Of a DNA stretch of 64,000 nucleotides, positions 45,309-58,591 are shown piece by piece. The stretch is from an uncultured bacterium (GTDB lineage: Bacteria > Krumholzibacteriota > Krumholzibacteriia > JACNKJ01): contig CAVOFT010000001.1 of NCBI GenBank assembly GCA_963695095.1, positions 2,432,001 to 2,496,000 of the forward strand, read 5' to 3'. Each line of letters opens with the position of its first letter. Position 1 is the first letter of the stretch. The translations under genes were made by a program, and so were the position numbers. The notes beneath the pieces are model-generated. The model made no database searches and was not told where the DNA came from. It was given only the letters and a program-made list of their open reading frames with translations.

Positions 45309-47716
45309 CGGCCGACCTCCGCAGCGGCGGCGCCGGCGCTCGCCGCCGGCGCCATCTGAAAGAGCGCGGGCAGGGTGCCCTGCCAGGCGGCGATGAGATC
45401 GGCGAGGGCCAGATCGATGCGCATCGCGCCATCGACCGCCAGGCGCAGGGCCCCGTCGCCGTTCACGCGGCCCCAGGCCGCGGGCGCGAGGCCGGCCTCT
45501 GCGCAGCGGGCCCGGAAGTCCTCGACGTGCGCGGGGTCCAGCTCGAGGAGGAAGCCGCCCGTCTCGCCGAAGAGGGCGGCGATGGCGTCGAGTCCCGCGC
45601 CCGGCAGGTCGAGATCCAGGCCCAGGCCCAGCGCCCCGGGCCGGCGGCCGAGCAGCATCTCGGCGGCGGCGACGGCCACGCCGCCTTCGCCCACGTCGTG
45701 GGCCGCCCGCACCCAGCCGGCCTGGACGCTCTCGATCACCACGCGCGCCTCGGCGCGCAGGCGCGCGAAGTCGGGCGCGGGCAGCGCGCCGCCGGCCGAG
45801 CCCAGGATGACGCGGTGGTAGGCGCCGCCGCCCAGGGCCTCCGCGCGCGGCCCGAGCAGGACCAGCGGGTCCCCGGCCATCAGCAATTGCTGGCCGGGCA
45901 CCCGACTCACGTCGGGGACGCGGCCGATGAGCGCCACGATGGGACTGGGCGGAATCGCGGCCCCCCGCGCGCTCTCGTTGTAGAAGCTGACGTTGCCGCT
46001 CACGACGGGGATGGGATGCCGCGGCTCGAGCTCGCGGTCGTCCTCGGCGAGGCGGCCGATGGCGCGGCAGGCCTCGCCGATGCCGCGCACGCCCTCGACG
46101 AAGGCGCCGAAGGGCTCGGGCTTTTCCGGATTGCCGTAGTTGAGGCAGTCGGTGAGCGCCAGGGGCCAGGCGCCCTGGCAGGCCAGGTTGCGCAGGGCCT
46201 CGCAGACGGCCAGCGCTCCGCCCAGGTAGGGATCGCGCTCGCCGTAGAAGGGATTGCCGTCGCAGGTGACGGCGAAGCCCAGCGGGCTATCGGCGAAGGG
46301 CGCGCTCACCCCGCTGTCGCCCTCGCCCGGGCGCAGGCAGGCGTGGCCCTGCACCTCGCCGTCGTAGTGCTGGTAGAGGTAGCTGCGGTCGCAGAGATTG
46401 GGATCGGCGAGCAGGGTCAGCAGGTCGGCGCCGAGATCGCGGCCAGGATCGCGCGGCGGCGCCGGCAGCGCGCGGGCGACCGGCGCGCTCGCGCGCTCGT
46501 AGCGGATGCCGCTGGTCACCACCTCCACGGGGGCGTCGCAGAGGACATCCTCGCCGCGGGTCAGCGTGTAGCGGCCGTCCTGAGTGACCTCGCCCACGAC
46601 GCGCGCGCAGGCGCCGCGGTAGACGTGGGGCAGGTCGAAGTCCTCGTTGTAGATTGCGAGCACCTGGGCGCTGAAGCGGCGGGGCACGGCCCAGCCGTAG
46701 CGCTCCTGCGTCTCGCTGCAGGCGATGACGCGGCTGGCCAGGCGCTGATCGGAAACGTGCACCCGGTCCAGCCAGACGCGCATGCCGAAGCCGCCGGCCT
46801 CGGCCAGCTCGCTGGAGACGCAGGCGATGCCGCCCGCGCCCAGGTCCTTGAAGCCGATGGCGATGCCCTCGGCGCGGGCGAGGGCGAGCACGGCCTTGTT
46901 GGCCTCGCTGAGCACGCGCTTGAGGAAGGGGTCGGGCACCTGCACGGCGCCGCGGTTCTCCACGCCCTCGTCGAGGATCACGCTCGCGAAGGCGGCGCCG
47001 CCGAAGCCCGACTCGTCGGTGGGCTTGCCCACGAGGATGAAGTCGTAGGGTTCGTTGGCGGCCTCGGCGGGCACGCGGCTGCGCACGATCTCGTCCTCGG
47101 GGACGAGGCCCACGGCCACCACGTTGACCAGGCAGTTGTCGTCGTAGCCCGGGTGGAAGACGAGATCGCCGCCCAGGTTGGGCACGCCGAGCGCGTTGGC
47201 GTAGTGCCAGATGCCGTCGACGACGCCGGCCATGATCGCGCGGCTGCGCGCGGCCTGCGCCCCCCGCGGATCGCCGAAGCGCAGCGGGTCGAGCACGCCC
47301 ACCACCGTGGCGCCCATGCAGTAGACGTCGCGCACGATGCCGCCGATGCCGGTGGCCGCGCCCTCGAAGGGCAGCACCTGGCTGGGGTGGTTGTGGCTCT
47401 CGTGCCCGATGACCAGGCACCAGCGGCGGCCGTCGGCCTCGCCCAGACGCACGACGCCGGCATCCTCGACGGGTCCGAGCACCACGTCGGGCCCCTCGGT
47501 GGGCAGCCAGCGCTTCAGGTGCTCGCGGCTGCTCTTGTAGGAGCAGTGCTCGCTCCACATGGTGTCGAAGAGGGTGAGTTCGGTGAGCGTGGGCGCGCGC
47601 TCGAGCAGTTCGCCGACGCGGCGGGCCTCGCCGAGCTTGAGCGTGAGGCCATGCGTGCGGAGCAGCCGCTCCAGTTCGGCGTCCTCGAGTCGCCTGACGT
47701 CGATCACGGCTTCCAT
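45305..47716 (-). CDS. purL: FGAM synthase synthetase subunit (small PurL)
   Basis: WSEHCSYKSS, ESHNHPS, DLGAGG, SETQER, DCLNYGNPE, SGNVSFYN. Confidence 0.96.
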   Translation of the reverse strand: MEAVIDVRRLEDAELERLLRTHGLTLKLGEARRVGELLERAPTLTELTLFDTMWSEHCSYKSSREHLKRWLPTEGPDVVLGPVEDAGVVRLGEADGRRWCLVIGHESHNHPSQVLPFEGAATGIGGIVRDVYCMGATVVGVLDPLRFGDPRGAQAARSRAIMAGVVDGIWHYANALGVPNLGGDLVFHPGYDDNCLVNVVAVGLVPEDEIVRSRVPAEAANEPYDFILVGKPTDESGFGGAAFASVILDEGVENRGAVQVPDPFLKRVLSEANKAVLALARAEGIAIGFKDLGAGGIACVSSELAEAGGFGMRVWLDRVHVSDQRLASRVIACSETQERYGWAVPRRFSAQVLAIYNEDFDLPHVYRGACARVVGEVTQDGRYTLTRGEDVLCDAPVEVVTSGIRYERASAPVARALPAPPRDPGRDLGADLLTLLADPNLCDRSYLYQHYDGEVQGHACLRPGEGDSGVSAPFADSPLGFAVTCDGNPFYGERDPYLGGALAVCEALRNLACQGAWPLALTDCLNYGNPEKPEPFGAFVEGVRGIGEACRAIGRLAEDDRELEPRHPIPVVSGNVSFYNESARGAAIPPSPIVALIGRVPDVSRVPGQQLLMAGDPLVLLGPRAEALGGGAYHRVILGSAGGALPAPDFARLRAEARVVIESVQAGWVRAAHDVGEGGVAVAAAEMLLGRRPGALGLGLDLDLPGAGLDAIAALFGETGGFLLELDPAHVEDFRARCAEAGLAPAAWGRVNGDGALRLAVDGAMRIDLALADLIAAWQGTLPALFQMAPAASAGAAAAEVGR

Positions 47717-47758
47717 GGCTGCCGCCCGCCGCCGCCCGCAGGCGCCGGAAAAAGGAGG

Positions 47759-47786
47759 TTGGCTGCGCTGGGAAAGGCCATATACT
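47759..47786 (+). promoter_or_regulatory. Putative sigma70 promoter of sppA (overlaps a divergent purL promoter)
   Basis: Plus strand TTGGCT-16 nt-TATACT; minus strand TGGACA-16 nt-TAGTAT uses the same AT patch. Confidence 0.5.
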
Positions 47787-47839
47787 AGGCAAGTCCGGCT
47801 GAATGTCCAGCCCCTTTTCCACAAGCCCCGAGGGAGCGC

Positions 47840-48868
47840 ATGGACGCCCACAAGACCCTGCAGAGCATCTTCCACATTCTCGGCATCCTGGTCATCCTCG
47901 GCTTCCTCAGCCTGCAGGCGGGAAGCTGCATGCTGCTGGTCACGGCGATGAACGCGAGCGAGGAGGAAGGCGCTGTCCCGCGCGCCGGCCGCGACGAGCA
48001 CCTCTTCGGCGACGAGCAGGCCGCGGCCAGTTTCCTGCGCGTACCCATCGTCGGCGTGATCAGCGCCGAGCCCGAGCAGAACGTCTTCGGCCTGCGGCGG
48101 CCCTCCCTGCTCGATACCGTGGACGAACAGCTGACCCACGCCGCCGAGAGCCCGAGCATCCATGGCCTGCTCCTGGACATCGACTCGCCGGGCGGCGCCG
48201 TCGATCCCTCGGATGTCATCTTCCAGCGCCTGCGCCGCTTCACGGCCAACACGGGCAAGCCCGTCGTCGCGCGCATGAACGGCCTGGCGGCCAGCGGCGG
48301 CTACTACGTGGCCATGGGCGCAAGCCGCATCCTCGCCCACCCGAGCTGCCTGACGGGTTCGATCGGCGTCATTATCCAGAGCTGGAACGGCGCCGGCCTC
48401 CTCGAGAAGCTGGGCGTGGAGCTGGTCACCCTGACCAGCGGGCCCAACAAGGACCTGCTCAATCCGGGCAAGCCGATGAGCAAGGAGCACCGGGTGATCA
48501 TCCAGGGCATCGTGGACGACGCCTACGGCGCCTTCGTGGCGGCGGTGGCGACCGGTCGCGGCATGGACTCCCTGCGCGTGCGCGAGCTGGCGGACGGCCG
48601 CATCTACACGGCGCGGCAGGCCCAGGCCCTCGGCCTCATCGATGCCGTCGGCTACGAAGAAGAGCTGCTGGACATGCTGCGCGAGGTGGCCGGGACCGAA
48701 TCCGTGCGCGTGGTCGAGCACCGCCTGCGCCAGCCGCTCTGGGACCGGCTCGCCCAGGGGCTCGAGGGCCGCCTCGCAGGGGCCGCGGCGCCCAGCGCCG
48801 TCATCGAGCGGCGCCTGGCCGACATCGCCCCCGCGCCGGGGCTCTACTACCTCTGGCCGGGCTTCTAG
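47840..48868 (+). CDS. sppA: Signal peptide peptidase SppA (36K type, S49)
   Basis: IDSPGG, AASGGYY (catalytic Ser), GSIGV, SGPNKD (catalytic Lys), DGRIYT; N-terminal TM. Confidence 0.93.
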   Translation: MDAHKTLQSIFHILGILVILGFLSLQAGSCMLLVTAMNASEEEGAVPRAGRDEHLFGDEQAAASFLRVPIVGVISAEPEQNVFGLRRPSLLDTVDEQLTHAAESPSIHGLLLDIDSPGGAVDPSDVIFQRLRRFTANTGKPVVARMNGLAASGGYYVAMGASRILAHPSCLTGSIGVIIQSWNGAGLLEKLGVELVTLTSGPNKDLLNPGKPMSKEHRVIIQGIVDDAYGAFVAAVATGRGMDSLRVRELADGRIYTARQAQALGLIDAVGYEEELLDMLREVAGTESVRVVEHRLRQPLWDRLAQGLEGRLAGAAAPSAVIERRLADIAPAPGLYYLWPGF

Positions 48869-48892
48869 GCGCTGCGCGATCCCGAAAAGACG

Positions 48893-48921
48893 GCGGCCCT
48901 CCCCGGGGGGAGGGCCGCTTT
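48893..48921. terminator. Hairpin between convergent sppA and OMP genes (likely bidirectional terminator)
   Basis: GCGGCCCTCC-loop-GGAGGGCCGC, with AAAA upstream and TTT downstream. Confidence 0.6.
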
Positions 48922-49017
48922 GCTCGTTGTCGAGTCTCCGCAAGGCCACGAAGCGCGCTTGGCTTCACTCGCTGCCCAGAGCATAGCCTCGTCTCAGCGG
49001 CCTGTCAAAGCCCCCAG

Positions 49018-49560
49018 CTAGAACTGGAAGACGACGTTCACCGTGAACTGGTTCGCGTCGCTGATGAGGTTGTAGCGCGCTTCTCCGGACAGCTGCTCGT
49101 TGATCCGGAAGCCGCCGCCCAGGGTCAGGCCGAACTCGGTGGTGCTGTCGTCGATGGGAAAGTCCGGCTCCGGATCCACCGAATAGCTGAAGTAGTGGAG
49201 GCCCAGGCCGCCGACGCCGTAGATCGGGCTGTCGGGATTGAACTGGTACTCGGCCAGGGCCAGGAAGGGGATCTGCGTGTAGCTGTACTCGTAGGAGTAG
49301 GTCTCGCTCAGAATCGTGTACTCGTAGTCCTTGCCCGCGTAGAAGATGTAGCCCACCTCGCCGCGGAAGCTGAGACGATCGTCGTGGGGCACCTTGAGGC
49401 CCACGCCGCCGCCGAAGCCGTTGCCGGCGAAGTCGGCCCAGTCGCCCGTGGGCAGGACGAAGATGCCGTGGATGTAGAAGGTGCGGGCGTCCATGTCCAT
49501 GGCCAGGGCGCCACCGGCGCCGAGCGCCAGGATCAGCAAGGCAAGCGCAAGCTTACGCAT
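49018..49560 (-). CDS. Small outer-membrane beta-barrel protein (OmpA-like membrane domain)
   Basis: Signal peptide MRKLALALLILALGAGGALA, alternating aromatic strands, YGVGGLG, EARY, C-terminal Phe. Confidence 0.82.
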   Translation of the reverse strand: MRKLALALLILALGAGGALAMDMDARTFYIHGIFVLPTGDWADFAGNGFGGGVGLKVPHDDRLSFRGEVGYIFYAGKDYEYTILSETYSYEYSYTQIPFLALAEYQFNPDSPIYGVGGLGLHYFSYSVDPEPDFPIDDSTTEFGLTLGGGFRINEQLSGEARYNLISDANQFTVNVVFQF

Positions 49561-49663
49561 CGAAGAGCCTCCAAAGGCTAGGGTACAGGGTTGCAACCGG
49601 CGGCAGCCTAGATCAAGGCTCCGGAGCTTGTGAAGCAAATCTTTCGCCAGGCGACCGGGCGCC

Positions 49664-50948
<1,285 letters not shown>

Positions 50949-50956
<8 letters not shown>

Positions 50957-52202
50957 GCGGCTCCTTGTAGCTCTCGAGGGTAACCGGCAGCGTGAGCGTC
51001 TTGCCGTCCCGATGGACGCTGAGCTTGACCCGGTCCCCCACCTCGTAGCGGGCGAAGAGGCGGTTGCCCTCGCCGAGATTGGCCACGGACTGCCCGTCGA
51101 TGGCCGTCACCACGTCGCCCGGCTGCAGGCCGCCGGACTCGGCCGGCCCGCCCCTGAACACGGTGGTGACGAAGAGGCCGCTCCTCACGCCCAGTCCATA
51201 GTGCACGACGTGGAAGGGCTTCAGGTCCGTGGCCTCGAAGCCGGCCCAGGTGTCGCGCACCTGGCCGAACTTCTCGAACTCGTTGAGGATCCAGATCACC
51301 TTGTTGATGGGCCGCGCGAAGCCGATGCCCAGGCTCCCCCCCGACTTGGAGAAGATGAGGGTGTTGATGCCGATCACCTTGCCCTCGCCGTCCACCAAGG
51401 GGCCGCCGCTGTTGCCGGGGTTGATGGCGGCGTCGGTCTGGATCATGTCCGTGTAGAGGCCCTCGCCGCCGGCCGACACCTCGCGGTGCAGGGCGCTGAC
51501 CACGCCCACGGTGACGCTGGGCCGGATGTCGTTGAGCTGGAAGCCGAAGGGGCTGCCGATGGCGATGGTCCACTCGCCGATCAGGAGCTCGTCGCTGTCG
51601 CCGAGCTCGGCATAGGGCACCATCTGCTCCTCGGCCAGCTCGAGCTGCAGCAGGGCGATGTCATGCTTCGTGCTCGCGTCGAGCAGCTTGGCCGGGAAGC
51701 TGCGGCCGTCGCTGAGGGTGACGCGGATCGAGCGCGCGCCGTCGACGACGTGGTTGTTCGTCACCACGCGGCCATAGGGGCTGACGAGCACGCCGCTGCC
51801 CTGGCCGGGCACCTCCTGCTCGTAGACGCGGGGGCGGCCGTAGAACTCGAAGTACTCGAAGATGGAGCGCGGCTGCGAGACGTAGCGCTGTACCTGTGTG
51901 ACCTGCACGGAGACCACCGCCGGCGCCACCTTCTCCGTGGCGCGCACGATGGCATTGCGCCGGCCCTCGCCGACGGCCTCCAGACCGGCCAGGCGGGCGT
52001 CGCCGGTCTCCAGACGCAGCGAGGCGAACTGCTCGAGCAAGAGGCCCTGGGCCTCGCGCCGCAGCAGGCCGGGCGCCTTGAGGACCAGGAAGAGCAGGGC
52101 CGCCAGGGCCGCCAGGGACAGGCCCGTCAGCACGCCGGTCAGGACCGGCACCCAGCGCTGGGCGCGGCGCCGCCCGGCTTCATTCTCGTGGCCGCTCAGC
52201 AC
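50949..52202 (-). CDS. HtrA/DegP-family serine protease with one PDZ domain
   Basis: TM anchor, TNNHV, DIALL, QTDAAINPGNSGGPL, C-terminal PDZ. Confidence 0.93.
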
Positions 52203-52203
52203 C

Positions 52204-52851
52204 TCAGCTCCCCTTGCGGGCCTGCCAGTCGGCCAGGAAGCGCTCGATACCGATGTCGGTGAGCGGGTGCTTGATGAGCTGGGCGATCACCTTGTAGGGA
52301 ATCGTCGCCACGTCGGCGCCGAGTCGCGCCGCCTCGACCACGTGGACGGGATGGCGCACGCTGGCCACCAGCACCTCGGTATTGAAGCCGTAGTTCTGGT
52401 AGAGCTGGACGATGTCGGCGATCAGGTCCATGCCGTCCTGGCCGATGTCGTCCAGGCGCCCGACGAAGGGGCTGACGTAGCTCGCCCCCGCCTTGGCGAC
52501 CAGCAGGGCCTGGGTCACCGAGAAGCAGAGGGTGGCGTTGGTCGGCGTGCCCTCGGCCTTGAAGGCCTTGATCGCGCGCAGGCCGTCGAGGGTGGTCGGC
52601 ACCTTGACCACGATGTTGTCGGCGATCTTGCGCAGCTCCCGGCCCTCGCGCAGCATCCCTTCGGCATCCAGGGCCAGCACCTCCGCGCTGACCGGCCCGG
52701 GCACGAGGGCGCAGATCTCGGCCAGGATGGCGCGCGGATCGCCCTTCTCCCTGGCCATCAGGCTGGGGTTGGTGGTGACGCCGTCCAGCACGCCCATCGC
52801 GGCGGCCTGGCGGATCTCCTCCACGTTGGCGGTGTCGATGAAAAAGCGCAT
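52204..52851 (-). CDS. tal: Transaldolase / fructose-6-phosphate aldolase family
   Basis: [39 protein letters not shown]. Confidence 0.92.
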   Translation of the reverse strand: MRFFIDTANVEEIRQAAAMGVLDGVTTNPSLMAREKGDPRAILAEICALVPGPVSAEVLALDAEGMLREGRELRKIADNIVVKVPTTLDGLRAIKAFKAEGTPTNATLCFSVTQALLVAKAGASYVSPFVGRLDDIGQDGMDLIADIVQLYQNYGFNTEVLVASVRHPVHVVEAARLGADVATIPYKVIAQLIKHPLTDIGIERFLADWQARKGS

Positions 52852-52901
52852 CCCTCGTCCCCTCTCGGATTGGAGCCGCCGGCCGGGCGACCGGCGCGGG
52901 C

Positions 52902-52930
52902 AGTATAGGCAAGGCGTCCGGCGCCGTCCA
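52902..52930 (-). promoter_or_regulatory. Putative sigma70 promoter of tal-htrA-purB
   Basis: TGGACG-17 nt-TATACT. Confidence 0.6.
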
Positions 52931-52939
52931 GGGCCGGAC

Positions 52940-53755
52940 TCAGTCGCCGGGCGCGTCCCACTCGGCCGCCGCACCGGCGCGCTCGGCGGGCGTCAAGAAG
53001 CGCGGCGGATACTCCACGCGCTCGAGAAAGAGGCCCTGGGGCGGCGCCGTGGGGCCGGCCAGGCGGCGGTCGCCGCTGGCGAGGATGGCCTCGATCCGCT
53101 CCGGCCCCCAGCGCCCGCGGCCGATCTCCACCAAGGTGCCCACGAGAATGCGCACCATGTTGTGCAGGAAGCGATCGGCGCCCACGCGCAAACGGAGCTC
53201 GGCCGCTTCCGGTTCCCGCGGCGCGAGCTCGAGCAGACGCAGGCGGCAGCGCGTGCCGCGCAGGGCGCCGAGGCGCGTGGAGAAGGCGCGGAAGTCCTCG
53301 GCGCCGGCGAAGCGCGCGATCGCCGCCTCCATCGCCGTCAGGTCGAGCGGGCTGTGCAACTCCCAGCGCAAGCGGCGCAGGGGTGCGCAGGGCGCGAGCC
53401 CGAGCCGGTACTGATAGAAGCGAGCCGTGGCCGAGAAGCGCGCGTTGAAGTCCGCCGGCGCCTCGTGGAGGGCCAGCGGCGAGATGTCCACAGGCAAGAG
53501 GCCGCGCAGGGCAGCCAGCATCCGCTCGGGGGTGAGCGGTCGGTCGGGCGGCGCCGTGAGCTGGAAGGAGGCGCACTGGGCCAGCGCATGCACGCCCGCA
53601 TCGGTGCGGCCCGCCCCCTGCACCGCCACCGGCGCGCGGGCGAGCACGGCGAGGGCCTGCTCCAGCTCCCCCTGCACGCTGCGCAGGCCGGGCTGGCGCT
53701 GCCAGCCATGGAAGTCCGCGCCGTCGTAGGCCACGAGGAGACGGTAGCAGGGCAT
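52940..53755 (-). CDS. truA: tRNA pseudouridine(38-40) synthase
   Basis: [39 protein letters not shown]. Confidence 0.96.
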   Translation of the reverse strand: MPCYRLLVAYDGADFHGWQRQPGLRSVQGELEQALAVLARAPVAVQGAGRTDAGVHALAQCASFQLTAPPDRPLTPERMLAALRGLLPVDISPLALHEAPADFNARFSATARFYQYRLGLAPCAPLRRLRWELHSPLDLTAMEAAIARFAGAEDFRAFSTRLGALRGTRCRLRLLELAPREPEAAELRLRVGADRFLHNMVRILVGTLVEIGRGRWGPERIEAILASGDRRLAGPTAPPQGLFLERVEYPPRFLTPAERAGAAAEWDAPGD

Positions 53756-54546
53756 CAGCCACCGCCCTCCTGCCGGAGCCAGAGCACGGCGGCGAAGGCC
53801 GCCGCCGCGGCGAGCAGGGGCAGCAGCTCACCGGGCGCGGGCGCTGGCCGCGGCGAGCCCGCCCAGCGCTCGGGGAAGCGGCGCAGGGTCAGCGAGTCGG
53901 CGAGAGCGTCGCCGCGGGCCAGCAGGTTGCGGAAGAGCGGCAGCAGCAGCGCCGGCCACTGGGCGGCGACGGGCCCCCGTCCCCCGCCGCCACCCCGCGC
54001 GCGCCAGGCGCGCTCGAGCAGGAAGGCCTCCCGGTAGGCCAGCTCGAGCCAGGAGAGGGCGAGCAGCGGCGCCAGCCACAGGCGGGCCAGTCGCGGCGAA
54101 GCCGGCAGCCGCGCGAGCAGGGCCGCCGGATGCAGGCGCTCCAGCGTGCGCATCGAGACGAGGATCCACAGGCCCAGGCGCAGCGCGGCGAGCAGGCCCC
54201 GCTCGAGGCCGCCGACGTCGAAGCGCCAGGGCAGGGGGCCCGCCGCGAAGCCCCGCCAGGCCAGGCCGTGGAGCAGCGGCACGAGAACGAGCAGGGGCGC
54301 GAAGCGCGCGAGCGCGCGCCAGGCCGCGCCGCCGGGCGCCGGCAGCAGGAGCAGCAGCAGCACGCCGGCGATGGCCGGCAAGAGCTGGCGGGGCGTCCAG
54401 GCGAGGCCGACGCCCAGGGACAGGAGGAGGAAGGCCCCGAGCACGGGCAGTGGATGGGCGCTGCCGATGGGCAGCAGGGTCGGCAGGGGCGAGGGCGGGA
54501 AGACCCGCCGGCGGCGCGCGCCGGAGCGCCAGGCGCCTCCGCTCAT
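53755..54546 (-). CDS. EcfT/CbiQ-like transmembrane component (divergent)
   Basis: Several TM helices followed by coupling-helix-like RAWRARG and ADSLTLRRF motifs; directly upstream of truA as in ecfT-truA loci. Confidence 0.6.
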   Translation of the reverse strand: MSGGAWRSGARRRRVFPPSPLPTLLPIGSAHPLPVLGAFLLLSLGVGLAWTPRQLLPAIAGVLLLLLLPAPGGAAWRALARFAPLLVLVPLLHGLAWRGFAAGPLPWRFDVGGLERGLLAALRLGLWILVSMRTLERLHPAALLARLPASPRLARLWLAPLLALSWLELAYREAFLLERAWRARGGGGGRGPVAAQWPALLLPLFRNLLARGDALADSLTLRRFPERWAGSPRPAPAPGELLPLLAAAAAFAAVLWLRQEGGG

Positions 54547-55691
54547 GCCGACTCCCGGCACTCGGCGGCCAAGGCGCGCAGGGCCGAGGCCAGGCCGGAC
54601 CAGGCGAAGCGCGCCCGGGCGGCGGCGATGCCCGGTGCCAGCGCATCCGCGAGGGCAGCCTCGAAGAAGCGCTGGATGGCCGCCGCCAGGGCGGCGGGAT
54701 CCTCGGGCGGCACGAGCAGGCCGCTGACGCCGTCCTCGATCTGCTCGGGCAGGCCGCCCACCCGCGTCGCCAGCACGGGCCGGCCGGCGGCCAGGGCGAT
54801 CTGCGCGATGCCGCTCTGGGTGGCGCTGCGATAGGGCTGCAGCACCAGATCGGCGGCCTGGAAGTAGCGACCCACTTCTTCATTGGGCACGTAGCGGTCC
54901 ACGATGCGCACACGGTCACGCAAGCCGAGCTCCGCGATCAGCGCCTCCGTCCGCGCGCGCGGCTCGTAGAACTCCCCCACCACCCAGAGTTGCAGGCGGG
55001 GGTCGGCGAGCGCGGCCAGTGCGCGCAGGGCGAGATCGAGTCCCTTGTAGGCGCGCACATACCCGAAGAAAAGCAGTACGCGCGCCTCGGGAGCGATCCC
55101 CAGCGCGGCCCGCGCCTGCTCCCGCGTCAGGGCGCCCCCCTCCGCGAGCAGGGCCTCGTAGCTGGGATGCGGATGCACGCGCACGCGGGCCGCGGGCAGG
55201 AGCGCGCGCAGCACGGCGGCATCGCTCTCGCTGTGGACGAGGAAGCCCTGCGCGCGGGCCAGCGCGGGCCGAGCGAAGCGGCGATCCAGACGCCGCCGCT
55301 CGTGGGGCAGCACGTTGTGGCAGAGCAGGAGTCGGCTGGATGCCGGAGCCAGCGCCGCCAGGCGGCCGAGCACGCTGCCCAGCGCAGGGCCGAAGAAAGG
55401 CTGCCACCAGTGGCAGACCAGAGCGTCCGGCTCGGCGGCGGCGATGGCGGCGGCCGTGCGGCGCCAGCTCAGGGGGTTCACGCTGTCGAGCAGGCGCGGC
55501 GCCGCCACGCCCAGCGGACTTGCGCTCTCATCGTACTGCGTGCGACCGGGGAAGAGCAGGCCGGGGTAGAGGCGCCGGTAGTTGAAGGCGGCGACCTCAT
55601 CCTCGCGCGCGAGCTCGCGCGCGAGCAGGGCGCCGTAGTGGGCGATGCCGCCGCGATAGGGATGCACCGGCCCGAGCAGCGCCCAGCGCAC
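54543..55691 (-). CDS. GT4 family glycosyltransferase
   Basis: GPVHPYRGGIAHY, FFGYVRAYKG, PYRSATQSG, TRVGGLPE. Confidence 0.9.
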   Translation of the reverse strand: MRWALLGPVHPYRGGIAHYGALLARELAREDEVAAFNYRRLYPGLLFPGRTQYDESASPLGVAAPRLLDSVNPLSWRRTAAAIAAAEPDALVCHWWQPFFGPALGSVLGRLAALAPASSRLLLCHNVLPHERRRLDRRFARPALARAQGFLVHSESDAAVLRALLPAARVRVHPHPSYEALLAEGGALTREQARAALGIAPEARVLLFFGYVRAYKGLDLALRALAALADPRLQLWVVGEFYEPRARTEALIAELGLRDRVRIVDRYVPNEEVGRYFQAADLVLQPYRSATQSGIAQIALAAGRPVLATRVGGLPEQIEDGVSGLLVPPEDPAALAAAIQRFFEAALADALAPGIAAARARFAWSGLASALRALAAECRESA

Positions 55692-55699
55692 GGCGGACC

Positions 55700-57060
55700 T
55701 CAGCGGCTGCCGACGGTCAGCTCGGCCACCCGCAGGGTGGGAGCGACCACGGCACCCAGGCTGAAATCGAGGTCGTCGCCCACGGCGTCCACGGCGCCGA
55801 GCACCTGATCGAAATCGCCCGCCACCGCCACCTCGCGCACCGGATAGGCGATCTCGCCGCCCTCGATCCACAGCCCGGTGCAGCCCTGGGACCAGTGCCC
55901 GCTGGCGCTCTGGAAGCCGCCGCCGAGCATGCCGGTGACGATGAGCCCGCGGGGCGTCGCGGCCAGCATGGCCGCCGGGCTCGTCGTGCCCGGCGCCAGG
56001 TAGAGATTGCTCGCGGCGACGCCGCCGCCCCAGACGCCGTGGCCGCTGGCCGCGCAGTCGAGGCGGCGCGCGCTCTCCAGGTCGGTGGCGAAGTGCTTGA
56101 GGATGCCGGCCTCGACCAGGGCCAGGCGGCTGCCGGGCAGGCCCTCGCCGTCCCAGGGCCTGCTGCCGAGGCCGCGGGGCCGCTGCGGTTCGTCGATCAG
56201 GGTGATCAAGGGCGAAGCCACCGCCGTGCCCAGGCGCTCGGCCAGATAGCTGCGGCGCCGCCAGACGAGATCCCCGGCGAGGCAGCGAAAGAGCATGCCG
56301 ACGAGGCGCGCGGCCATCCGCGGCTCGAAGAGCACGGGGAAGCGGCCCGTGGGCGCCGGCCGCGCGTCCAGGCGGCGCAGCACGCGGCGGGCCGCCTCCG
56401 CCCCCAGCGAGGCCGGGCTGTCGAGATCGGCAAAGTGGCGGCTGCGCTTGGCCCAGCCGTCGGTGACGCGCTCGCCCGCGCCGTCGGTGGCCACCGGCAT
56501 CACCGAGAGCGAGAACTGACTGCTCGCGGTCCAGCCCGCGAAGCCGTTGCTCGTCATGTAGAGCAGCTCGCCCTCGCCGCCGGCGAAGCCGGCGCCCTGG
56601 CTGTTGTCGATGCGCGGGTCGGCGGCCATCGCTGCGCTCTCGAGCTCCCGGGCCAGGGCAATGCCCGCGGCGGTCGGCGGCCCGCCGCTCGCATCGCGCA
56701 GATCGAGGTCGCTCGGCGCCTGCGCGTAGGCCTCGGGCTCCGGCAGGCGGTGCAGGGGATCGGGGGCGCAGCTCGCGGCCAGGGCCACGGCCTCGGCAGC
56801 CAGGGCCGGGAGCCCGGCCGGCGCCGGCTCACAGAGGACGAGCAGGGCCTGCCGCCTTTCCTTGAAGACGCGCAGCGCCAGCGTGCGGCTCGCGGCCTCC
56901 TTGAGCACCTCGATCTCGCCCAGACGGATCTGGGCCGTGAACTCCCGCCCGGCGGCGAGCCTCAGGTCGGCCTCGTCGGCGCCGGCGGCCAGCGCCGCGG
57001 CCAGGGCCTGCTCGCCGAGGGCGCGCAGGGCCGCCTCGCTGCTCGTCGCGCCGCGGCCGC

Positions 57061-57064
<4 letters not shown>
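55700..57064 (-). CDS. pmbA: TldE/PmbA family protein
   Basis: GSRPWDGEG and GLWIEGGEIAYPV; no HExxH; downstream of tldD. Confidence 0.9.
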
Positions 57065-58482
<1,418 letters not shown>

Positions 58483-58591
58483 GCAGCTCCTCAGTGTGGC
58501 GCGCGTCGCAAGCTCCGCGCGCCTCGCTGGCGACGCGCAGCGCAGGGTCCGCGCCCCTCTGCAGCGAAGCTAGACCCCCGCGCGGTCCGCG

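Noticed and set aside
45305..48949. 1214-aa PurL as in the ORF track (large-type PurL)
   Set aside because: The N-terminal 400 aa are the antisense of sppA; the real start is 47716, and separate purQ and purS-like genes are present.
49589..49598. GGTTGCAACC palindrome resembling a PutA operator upstream of the OMP gene
   Set aside because: It is a single copy, and the proline dehydrogenase here is monofunctional with no DNA-binding domain.
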